A stretch of 63,514 bases of DNA, the filler included, from Circinaria calcarea (Eukaryota): assembly GCA_051942165.1 (NCBI GenBank). It is 12 parts of 12 records of this genome, joined end to end, with 100 filler letters (N's around TTAATTAATTAA, not from the genome) between each part and the next. Parts side by side here need not be neighbours in the genome. Positions count along the whole stretch, not along the records: positions 31,855 to 37,056 come from JAVECS010001996.1; positions 37,157 to 42,355 come from JAVECS010001997.1; positions 42,456 to 47,650 come from JAVECS010001998.1; 9 more parts are not named here. The stretch is one strand, 5' to 3'. The notes below the pieces were generated by a model, which saw only the letters and a list, made by a program, of their open reading frames with translations, had not been told where the DNA came from and searched no databases. Each line of letters begins with the position of its first letter. Position 1 is the first letter of the stretch. A program made the translations under genes and the position numbers. This document shows, piece after piece, positions 33,140 to 43,557 of the stretch.

Positions 33140-34330
33140 CTAGATAGGTACCAGGAAGATTGCTCCTATTTTATCTTTTCTGCACCCCGTCTCGCCTACT
33201 GGGACGGGTTCTTTTCTGAATTGTAATAGCATTATTGCTACCGCTAGATCCAGCTGGAGTATCGTTGAGTAGTCCCCAAAAGTCCGAGAAGCATTCAAAG
33301 AAGTCGTAATTTGAATCGACTCCAGTAAGACTATGAACGCTGCAGACCATGCATGAGGATCTGTATCGATTAGCTTAGAACTTTGCGTGGACCAGTCCTC
33401 GCTGTGAGTCATTCTCCACTCCGTGAACTCTCTCGCAGTTTTGCCATCCGCGCTTCTCGTCGAGTTATTCAGACCGCATATATTTGTCACGTCGACGCCT
33501 AGGTCGCTCAGGTTTGCATGTTGCACAACCGCTATAGTTTCCTGTGATTCATGATACGTAATTGACTGTAGTTGTACCTTCCAGTTTCTAATTTCCTATT
33601 TTGTTATCTGCTTCCTTGTCAATCAAAGTATGTATGGCTGGATGGTGGCCTTTATCGATTGCAAAGAGCAATGCTGTATCTCTCCATTAATTGCAGGCAT
33701 TGATATTTGCCCCTCTCTGAAGCAGCGAGTCCATGACCGGTGTCGTCCATAGTATACTGCAAGGATTGGGTGAGGCCATTCACACACAACAGCATCCAGA
33801 TCTGCTTCATACTTCAAGAACAACTCCACACATCTAACGTCGGTCCCCTTGCTATAATGATAGATAATGCCCGCTATCTAAGCAAGATCGTTTCAAATAT
33901 CTCCTCGACACGAGATATCCCATACTTCTCATTAGACACACTTTGTTTCTGATAAGAGATTATACTGGTCATACTTAAGCTGGGCAACCTCAAGACTTGC
34001 GCTGCTGCGATCGTGTATTTTCTACCACAGCAAGCAATTGGTCCACTTCCATTTCTACTCGCCTCGACTCCGTTCTATTAAATCGAGTCAGTTAGGAAGT
34101 CTAGCCAATTGTAATTCAGCTTTTCTGGTTCTAGAGCTGCTGCTTCGCTCGCCCGCTTTAGGGCATTATAGACTAACTCCTGTCTTGCGGCTACCGATAG
34201 AGGGCCCTTGCTGCCGATAAACTTATCAACGACACAGACGAGAAGCTTTAGCAAGGTAAGACGTGGTTTTCAAGCATCGTATACTGCCCAAGCTTCTAGC
34301 AACGGCCCCACTAGCCCCGAGAATATCCAT
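33140..34330 (-). pseudogene. Decayed ankyrin-repeat gene, possibly with a HeLo-like start
   Basis: Fragments DVRCVELFLKYEADLD, MDSLLQRGANINACN*WRDTALLFAIDKGHHPAIHTLIDKEAD and DGKTAREF..WSAAFIVLLESIQ lie across frames with stops. A possible start MDILGASGAV is at 34330. Confidence 0.6.
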
Positions 34331-35782
34331 GATACTAACTGGGATGGAGAAGGATCCAGGAAGAATAACAACAGAACTCAACACAGTTCTAAGCCCTTTA
34401 TGTTATTAGATAGTCCGGACTAGGCTTACACGTGGTTATGTCTAGACTTACTCAGACTAGACACTAAGAACGAAAGATGATATGACGACTATTAGGGTAA
34501 TATAGAACACCAAAACACAATTTAATGAATACTAGCATCGTGCGCGGAACTTCACCCTGTGTACTACTATCTCATATACATAACCCAAGTCAGGAACGAA
34601 GCGGCTAAAACATATCTAAGCAGGAGTTGAGCAGGCCTCGTCTGCTACCACTGCCGCTCTGGTTTGATGAAGAGGCCTTGTATAGTACGCATCAACCTGA
34701 ACTTGGAACAGGGAGCGACGTGAAGATATTAAATTAGAAGTTGTCGCAACAGAAAATATGAAGTAACCACCGATCAATAATCATTGACGCGGCAACTATC
34801 TCAGATAAACGCGGGCCGCCGTGGCCGCGCCGCAATAGGGTTAGTTCAATAAGCCTCACTTTGCTTCAAGGAGTCGCAATATATCGAGAACTTTGCTAGT
34901 ATGATCTGTAGGTTGAAAGTCTCTTCAACGATTTCGTGATAAACGATGTGCTTGCTATCTCCTAGCTGTCGGTGTCTTTAATGGCACGCAATGCGAAGGT
35001 CGAGAAAGATTAAAGTATTGTAGGCACATCTGTTCTTTCGATGCAAACAGATATGAGTTGAGAGATATTGTAATACTGCGAGAACCGTCAAGTAGAATAT
35101 CTATTTGATGATGCCGTTTGAATAGTGAAAACCCCCCGATTTGCCTTGTCACTACCTGTATCGAAGCATTAGGGGACTACCAAGTCATCAAAACCCTAAG
35201 CAATTAAAAGCACATGTGTCCTACACTTAGAGCTCTTGTGAGTAATACGGCGCAAAAGGAAGGTGGCCCGAACCGAAACTTGGCACACAAAAATGGCCAA
35301 AAAAAAATTTCAGAAATTCAATTTCTAAGATCAATGAGAACCTGAGCCGAGTGGACGCAGTCCGACTCGAACTCGGGCAACCATGGAGGGCTCAGCTCGA
35401 CACGCCGCACCCGAAAGTATCCTCTTGACCAGAACCGGCCTGAAATCAAGATTACCAATGGCGCCATGATGGGGTTTTTAGACTCTCTTTTTTCATCTTG
35501 GACCATTATTCCTTATAATCGAATATATTGTTGAAACAGTCGCACATACTCCCAAAGCCAAGAAAATGCCCTAGACCATTCGGCTAATTGAGTTTACAAC
35601 ATTCACAATGTTTACGTTGCCCACCGCGTCTACAACACGATCTCGACTTCGGATTTCACTCACTACAGTCTGACAATCGGAATTACTGTATTCTTTTGAT
35701 CCTCTTCTAGCACTACTACTACCATAACAACAATAACAACAACAACAGGGTCTCTTGAGGCAATTCCTAGCAGTGTATCAAA

Positions 35783-37056
35783 ATGTCAGACGATGAATCC
35801 GAAACGTCTTCGCTGGACTACGCCAAGTTCGAAAGAGAGACCACTCAAGTCTGCTCTGATTTCGCGACTTACGCTGCTGCTCTTTTAAACCACCTGGGCA
35901 CCTCATACACCCCAGACTTCCACGAAGTCGCATTGGGCATGGGACATGCCTCAAACCAGGTATCAGCTCTACAAGAAAGGGCTGCATGGAGGAAATTGGT
36001 AAGCTTAGTGAACGACCTGATAGATACCCACAAGCTCATATAACTACAGTACTACAAGTCCTGTAATCGGCTAATCTGGCATGATCTCAGCATTCAGCGG
36101 TTGTCATTCACCTTTCCTAACCAGCATGTCTCAGCTCAAATCCTACCTTTCTATGATACAATACGTTCCAAGGAAAAGATCTTCCTCCATTTCTCAGACC
36201 AAATTGGTGTTATAGCTTTGCCGAACCTCTTCAACCTGGATATCGAAAAACTATCATTGCAGGACATACTCCAACAGCTCGAACATGGGCCTAACCTGAC
36301 AAAAACCCACCAATCCGCTCTGTGGCGCTTTATTACTGAGCATGTCTTTCGTGATATTCCTCGACCGGTCTTTAGAGAGGCACGGAAACGAGTAAGCTGT
36401 TTGGCATTCATCTATAGCTCTACTTTCTAATCTCCTGAACAGGGCATACCGCACCCGAAGTCCCAGATGGACCTAAACCAATCGAGGACATTCCTACTAG
36501 TTCCGCCTATCGATGAAAGCTTCAGTAGTTTCATCATTTTCGTGGCTAGGTTCAAGGCAATAAACCCTTTCTGGAACCCTTCGGAAGACATTGTGAAGAA
36601 GGCCTGGTGTCTAAGCCTGTACCATTATGATGTTTTTCCAGATATTACGGCCGCGTTTACTGCATCAGATAGGATGGTACACCATTCTCACCTTTCGTCT
36701 CAAATACTCAGAAGCTGACAATGAGTCTAGTGGTACACCTTACGAATGGAAACGTATTGGTCAAAAGTTCGTCGCTCAGCCGTCCACCGAATCGCCTATC
36801 CGGACCTGGAAGCCTCAATAGAAGAATACCTGGAGGATAACTACTTTTTCGTTGACGAAGACCGCCACATCATTCCCCTAATAAGGACGGCGACATGCGA
36901 CGGACAAGATAAATTCGTCGAATGGGCAGACTTATATAAGAGCAACAACATTCAGCTTGGCCCTAGCCAAGTGCAGATCACTGTCGAGTTCAAAAAATAT
37001 ATGAAAATGATTCATCAGGTGGATGACGCATGGGTTATGCAAGCGGTAAGCTACCT
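35783..37056 (+). CDS. Multi-exon hypothetical protein (3'-truncated), family not recognised
   Basis: Four ORF blocks join in frame via GT-AG introns (about 35999-36097, 36392-36441, 36676-36730), with a further GTAAGC donor at about 37046. Confidence 0.65.
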
Positions 37057-37156
37057 NNNNNNNNNNNNNNNNNNNNNNNNNNNNNNNNNNNNNNNNNNNN
37101 TTAATTAATTAANNNNNNNNNNNNNNNNNNNNNNNNNNNNNNNNNNNNNNNNNNNN
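37057..37156. other. Artificial contig linker
   Basis: N44-TTAATTAATTAA-N44. Confidence 0.99.
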
Positions 37157-39004
37157 TCCCGAAAATATGGTACTGGTAACGGATGGGATACGTGGTACGG
37201 TGACTTCACGTGCCAATGCTGAGTAGCGAAGAATCTGAGAGGTGGCATTGAAGTCCCCTAGGGGGTCGGCGGTCACAATCATGACGGCTTTCTGAGCGTT
37301 GCGATGATGTATATGATGGTTTGCGTGATTAGAGGTATGATTAGAAGATGATGGGTAGGAATTTGAAAACAAGAGCTCTGTAAGTTTGCATTGCCGGAAT
37401 GGAACGATCAAAGGCTACGGAGACATTAGTCGTAAAGCCTTGTTCTAGTTGATCATGCTTTACCTTGTTTCCGTCATGGCCATCGCTCTGCATTTGCAAG
37501 CATTGGCCGAGGTACATTAGGCTTTCATTAATCTTCCCAGCTTCTGCCAGTGTTGCCCCTGCAGTCTTTGCATTTCGTGCCCTTTCCGAACCTGAATTTC
37601 AAGGTTAGTACCCGACTCTTAAGCGTCAAAGATAAGGCATACCAGCCAAGTCTACCACTGTAAGTTGCGCTCCGCTCCAGGCATTAGACATACCACCTCT
37701 GGGCCTTTTCTTAACCTCTACGCAGAAGAATCCGTGGCTCCTGGAGCTAACGCTGTTACTTCCTGTGCCGGCTACTCTTCGCTCCATCAATCCTGTCTCG
37801 AGTACCATGAGAGCCTCTTCGTAGCTTCCGCAAACGATTTTACGCAAACCAGCAACGACCTTTCTATCTGGCGAGGCCTCTGTTGGCTTGAAGAGTAGTG
37901 GCCGTCGTCGGAGATCTTTCAAGTTGCGAGGATGACAGAGTAGATCAAATATCCGGTCATTGTATACTTCGTACATAGACACCAAAATGGCGTAGTCTGC
38001 GTTCGAGCTCGCGGCCACGATGAAATCTCTAATATCAGGGAGTTGCGGTAACGCAGAGGGTCTTTGTGGTATATTTCGTTTGGAAACAGTCGGAGTAGCA
38101 TTAGATTCCTGTATAATATTGCCGAAGCGCAATTTAGCTTTTGTTCTCGTCAATCTTGGGGTATTCCAAAATGGCAGCTGCAAAGGCAACTGTCGCTTTC
38201 CTTGATTTTTATCTTTCTCAACAACTTCTGGTACAGGGTTGATTAAGGGCATTTTTCTGTGGTCTGGTCCTTGGGGTGATGACCCTGAACTAAGACCTAG
38301 AATCGACCATTGCTTCCAAAGACCTCCTGAACGGGTGGGTTTGACAGAAGAAGAAGATTCACGGCCTACCAGCATAGGTGTCGGAGCTCTCGAATTGCCA
38401 CGCTCTGGCAAAACATCGCCATAAATACCATCCAAGAATCCCGAGGCCGGGAGTATCTGGGCTTCAGAGGCGTCTGCCGCATCGAGCGACGCAATCAACG
38501 ATGGGGTACTTGTGGGATGTAGGATTTGATGGCCCAAAGACCGGCATAAAAGATCGAGTGAAAGCTGGGTCAAGCCTCGTTGCGCTTTTGAGCCGAGGAT
38601 TGTGTGACTCTGTTGAACAGATTAGTCCGTCGTAATTTCTGCAACTGTCCAGACTTTACTTTTCCCGATCCCGTAACCCCAAGTGTCGCAAGCAGTCCAT
38701 CTCTTCCTTCACCTAGAACACCTTCTACCAAGGAGATGGCTCCTGTACCTTTGAAAATATCTAATTGTGTTGCTTCTTCCTGAAAAACCTTTGTGAAAGC
38801 AAACTTTTCGACGGCCCGTTTTCGCGAGTCGCTGGGTGGATGTATTGTGATATGTGTAGGGAGTGTATGCTCACTGGCTAGTGAGGGTGTTTCTACGGTT
38901 AGAAAACGTTCCGGTGGGGGGGAAAGTTGTGGATAGAGAGCTGGGCGAAGACGAAGGTACACCTGGAACAGGGACGTAGCTGTTGGTTTTGGGGGTGCCT
39001 CCAT
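37157..39004 (-). CDS. Kinesin-6 family motor (Klp9/MKLP-like), 3'-truncated
   Basis: FQVYLRLRP, P-loop LGVTGSGK|SHTI, SMYEVYNDRIFDLL, switch I NSVSSRSH, switch II VVDLAG|SER, IVPFRQCKLTELLF. The long insertion after the P-loop is typical of kinesin-6. Confidence 0.92.
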
Positions 39005-39484
39005 GATATCCAAAAGCCCTGCGGACTTTCAAATTAAAAAATAAACAGAGCCGGTATCCAATTGTTCAGCAAGCCTTTGGTTAAACCTTCTTATTTGTCT
39101 CGGGGCTTAATCTGTGTATTTGTGTTTTGGTGTTGCTACAGCAGCTCTAATCTAATCTAATCTAATCTTTTATCGTTGCGCTTGCTTATCGCATGTCACG
39201 CGTCTTTCTTTTCCTTCAATACTCATTCTACACGAGAGTTATTACATGCAATACATACTCACCTATCATCACTCTAAAATCGTTCACAACAGGCTTCCTT
39301 GACTCTTGTAAATGCCCTTTGGATATTGCCGCGACGAATATCATACAGGTTTCATCCGCTCATCATAGATTTCCCAGTATCAAGATTTGTGTTTGCTGGC
39401 AGTGCCAATCCGACGCGCTGAGTCGGTGCTTCAAGTGATCCCAACCACGAGATACGCGCTCCAAACGACGACGAACCGGTTGAC

Positions 39485-41358
39485 ATGACTCCTAACGCGG
39501 ACCATGGCAAAGATACTTTCATCCAGGACATTGTGGATATTGACCCACATGGGGATGTGATCCTGACCGTCGGTCCCACGCGGAAGAAGCTACGTGTTTC
39601 TTCCAGTGCTCTTTCTCTCGCATCTTCCGTGTTGAGGGCAATGTTCAACTCGAGTTTCCTTGAAGGCACAATCACCAATGGAATTCGTGGAATCTCCTTG
39701 CCTGATGACGACGCAGAGGCTTTCACTGTCCTCTGCAATATTGCTCATTTACGTGCAAAGTCTGTAGACTTTTCCACCTTTTCTTTGTTCGAGCGTCTTA
39801 GTGTTCTTTGTGACAAGTATGATGCTACAGAGGCTGCAATGCCTTGGAGTACACTTTATTTCCTACAGCACTTCAGGGGTTACGAGGACCCTCTTACCCC
39901 GCCGAGCCTGAAAATGCTTCAAGTCGCATTCGCTTACAATAATGCCATTACGTTTGCAATGGTGTCCAAAGCAGTCTTAGGAGGGAGCTCAAGGCGTAAG
40001 CTACTAGAGATTGATGGGAGCAGCGGTGGGTATGAGATCCTGCCACCAGGTTTTGTTGGTAACCAGACCTCTCTTCAAAGTCAAAGTACCTTTTTAACTT
40101 TAAATCAAGAAGCATTGATCGCCTATCACGAGTCAACCATGAGAAACATTCACCTTAGAATCGAGGCCGCCATTGAACCTTACATCAAAGAGGTTGCCGA
40201 TTATGCCAGGAATGGGCTTCATCCATACCAACTCAAAGGCAAATCGAAGGTCACTGCGTCAGGAAGGTCCTTATTCGATCAAGCACCATCAAATAATGAC
40301 ACGAACAGTCGTCGGAATGGTGGCGCTGGTAGAGTCAGTTTCGCTGGCCCGATAGCTAACAGCGGTAATCCCCAAGCCAATACGCAGCCAACCGGTGTTA
40401 CTCTGTTTGGAAACCAGACTTTGGTGTCTGTCTCACACCCAGCGGGCCCAGCTGTACCTCCGTTCGGCTTGGGAGCATTGGCATCATCCGGGTATGCTTT
40501 AGCAAATAATTTCGATATGCGAATTCGGATTTAGAAATAACTAATCATAATATTTCTACTTCTAGCACCATGAATGCAGCCAATAATTCTCACTCAACAT
40601 CCGTGACGCCTACCTCAAACCCAGCCACTGCTCCTCCACTAGCCACCAATACTACGAGTAGTTACTTTGGCTGGCCGATTCCGCCAGCCAGCGGCACTAA
40701 TTTGTTTGCTAATCCGACTGGAAACACAACGAACCCGCCTTCCAACCCGGTTATCTCTCCAGCAAATACCACAAGCCAACCCAGTCTCTTTGGGACTAGA
40801 GATGTCAATGTAACTGGTGGCTTGTTCGGAAACAGCGGATTATTTGGAGAAACCGGTACGACCGGTCAAAGTGGCATCGGCGTTTCCAATTCGGCTGGCG
40901 GTGGCTTGTTTGGGGATAAACTCCCCGTCTGCAAGGGCAAGGAGAGACTTGGTTCCTGGCTATTGGATCTTTCAAATGCAGGACTCTGGCCACTTTCGGC
41001 TCAGATTTACACGTCGAGCCATCGAGGCTTATTGCGGGAGCTCAGGTTCATGACAGACTCCAATCCGGCTGAGCTGCACCAGGGCGGTCTATTCGGTCCT
41101 AGGTGCGAGTGTCGCACCTGTAGTACCAACCTATCGACACTGATGAGAGATCTGTCGAAGGAGTTAGAGGGAAATATTAAGTCATTATGTCTCGTCTGTG
41201 TTAGGCACGGCAAGTTCACAAAAGACGAGGGAAACTGCGGCAGCGAAAACCATAAAGCAGAGGTCAATAATCTTGGGCAAAGGTATCCCGAAACGTCGTT
41301 TTTTGTAGGTACTCCTAGAACCCATCCCAACGCCTGGAGGGTGTTCGATACCCCCTAG
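39485..41358 (+). CDS. BTB/POZ-domain protein with an FG/GLFG low-complexity insert and a Cys-rich C-terminus
   Basis: DIDPHGDVILTVG..LRVSSSALSLASSVLRAMF..FLEG..LPDDDAEAF..LCNIAH..LCDKYD; introns about 40059-40109 and 40492-40565; C-terminal CECRTC, SLCLVCVRHG, GNC. Confidence 0.85.
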
Positions 41359-42307
41359 TGGAAGGTGAACTCCTTCATGCGATAGTTGATATTGTAGGTG
41401 GCTTGCTGATTCGAGGACGGATATTGTCGACGGATAATGCATCAGTTGCATGTCGTGACTAGTGTATTGAGGGAGAAAAAGCATGCTATGTAGGTTTGCA
41501 GTCCATATCAAAGAAACAGCTTGAAAACACGACTGCAGTTCTCTCCATCTAATTTACTCATCTTTGTACCTTCATCCATTCCTCTTCATCCCTCCCTGCC
41601 CATTGTACGTCAAAGTTTAAGCTTTTGCCCAATTTCGCTGCACTTCCCCTCTTGGAGCTTACCATTACCCTCCCCAAGTTCCAGCAACCCAAACAGAATA
41701 ACCTCCACCATTTCATCAATCACCGGTCCCCCTTTTATCATACGGAATCGATTCCCGTGTCACCCCGCTCGCACCACACAACCCAGAAAACCCAACATTC
41801 TAGCGAACCGCACTTTGGTCGCTACCATTTGCGTCCGTGGAGGATTCAGGCACATATGATTAGATTGGACTCCCATTCCAAAAAGAAAACTGAAAGGGAA
41901 AAAGGAGCTCTTTCGCGTGGCCTTATGAGCACTCCTTTAGTGTATAATCCCTACCGCTACCTCTCCCCTTCGCCCCCCTTAACCGCCCATCTTGCTAGTT
42001 TGAACTACCCATCGTAGGTATTTCCCCAACCAAAAACACCACAAGGACCCCGTTAGAAAATGATGAAAATCCGCCACAGTGAGCTCCCCGAAGGAACTTG
42101 GCACCTAGCACCTAGAATACCTAGATAGCTAAAGCCCACAGAGGTGAGGGGGGGTAGGGGCAGCGCGGAATATAGTGTCCATGGAATAATAACCGGGGTA
42201 TCTATAGTATAAGAAAGGGGTTTTCGCTTTTTTAACGGTAAGGTACCCGGGGGGGCTTTGTGGTGAGAGATATAAAGAGAGAGAGAGAGAACCCCCCGGG
42301 GGGCGCT

Positions 42308-42355
42308 GATGTATATTACCCCCCCCCCTTTTAGTGGGGGGGGGTAATATACATC
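42308..42355. repeat. 20-bp-stem inverted repeat at the contig end
   Basis: gatgtatattaccccccccc..gggggggggtaatatacatc ends exactly at the contig boundary. Confidence 0.85.
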
Positions 42356-42455
42356 NNNNNNNNNNNNNNNNNNNNNNNNNNNNNNNNNNNNNNNNNNNNT
42401 TAATTAATTAANNNNNNNNNNNNNNNNNNNNNNNNNNNNNNNNNNNNNNNNNNNN
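42356..42455. other. Artificial contig linker
   Basis: N44-TTAATTAATTAA-N44. Confidence 0.99.
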
Positions 42456-43418
42456 TAATGGTGGGCATGAGGTACCAAGACCGATGAGCGAGGAGATCTA
42501 CAATGTTACTAGGGAGGTGGTTTCGAGGGCTAGGCTTGTTGGTATAAACGGCAAGGAGGGATCTGATTGGAATAGGTTCAAAGCGGAGAGAAAAAATAAC
42601 GGAGGTCTCTCCTGCGTTGTTATCGTGGAAGAGGGTGTGAAAGGCTATAAGTAGCAGCTGAGTTGAAGGTAGCAGGTAAAAAGGAGAAAGAAATACGACA
42701 TGTCAATAACTAGCACAATGGAGTGGTATATCTAAAGTGGAGAAAAATCTCGCATCATCTCTAGCAATTTAGTATAGAAATTCCTCCTGATAGCCATATC
42801 CCTGGCACGAAATCCACAAGCTGTAATCGGACCATTCAGTCAAGTCCAAAAAGCCTCGTCCCCATGATATGTTTCCAAACCTAGATAATGAACATGTCTA
42901 TTTGGCTTCTCCCGAAATCCTCGACTTTCCGGTTTCAATCCCTACCTCGCCAGGATGTAAACCCACCATGTCGAGCATCTAAATCACGAGCAGCATTCAT
43001 ATCAGTCAATCTAGCTTGTTCGCAAGTACTGAAGGCTCTCTCCTCAATGATAGCTAAAGTATATACATCTTCTAAGTACAGACCAGCCGTTTGGCTTGGG
43101 GGGGAGGTCGTTGAGGAGGGGGTCGCCCGGTCTCCAAATTATAATTTATGGTACCGGGTGGCGTATAAAACTGTTGATCTGGTATATACTAGTGGCTTCT
43201 ATGCTGTACCTTTAATATACGATCTTCACCAAAAAGATATAGATCGCGAGGATCGAGTGACATGCTTGGAATGTGAAACTGATCGTAATATCGGTAATCG
43301 AATAAAATCGAAAAGCAAATCAGAAACATAGTTGATCGCTTAGAATCGACGCACTTTTATAGAGATAAAATTTGTAGTCCTTGAGCTTCGTGAAGCTACA
43401 CTTAAGAGCTTTTGTTTA

Positions 43419-43552
43419 GTATCCCTTAAGCCGTTGCTTAAGCAGCACGAACCGTGCAATTCGTACACACTCCGTGCCAATAGCTACCCATCCCAGCCTT
43501 ATATCCAAGAAACGCACGGTTCGTGCTACTTGAGCAACGGCTCAAGGGATAC
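43419..43552. mobile_element. MITE-like hairpin, family A (best-preserved copy; 134 bp, 39-bp arms)
   Basis: gtatcccttaagccgttgcttaagcagcacgaaccgtgc versus the reverse complement of the right arm, gtatcccttgagccgttgctcaagtagcacgaaccgtgc: 36/39 identical. Confidence 0.8.
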
Positions 43553-43557
43553 GCCAT

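Noticed and set aside
42700..43075. Minus-strand frame with few stops as a RIP pseudogene
   Set aside because: Three or four stops in about 120 codons is not clearly below chance, and no family is recognisable.
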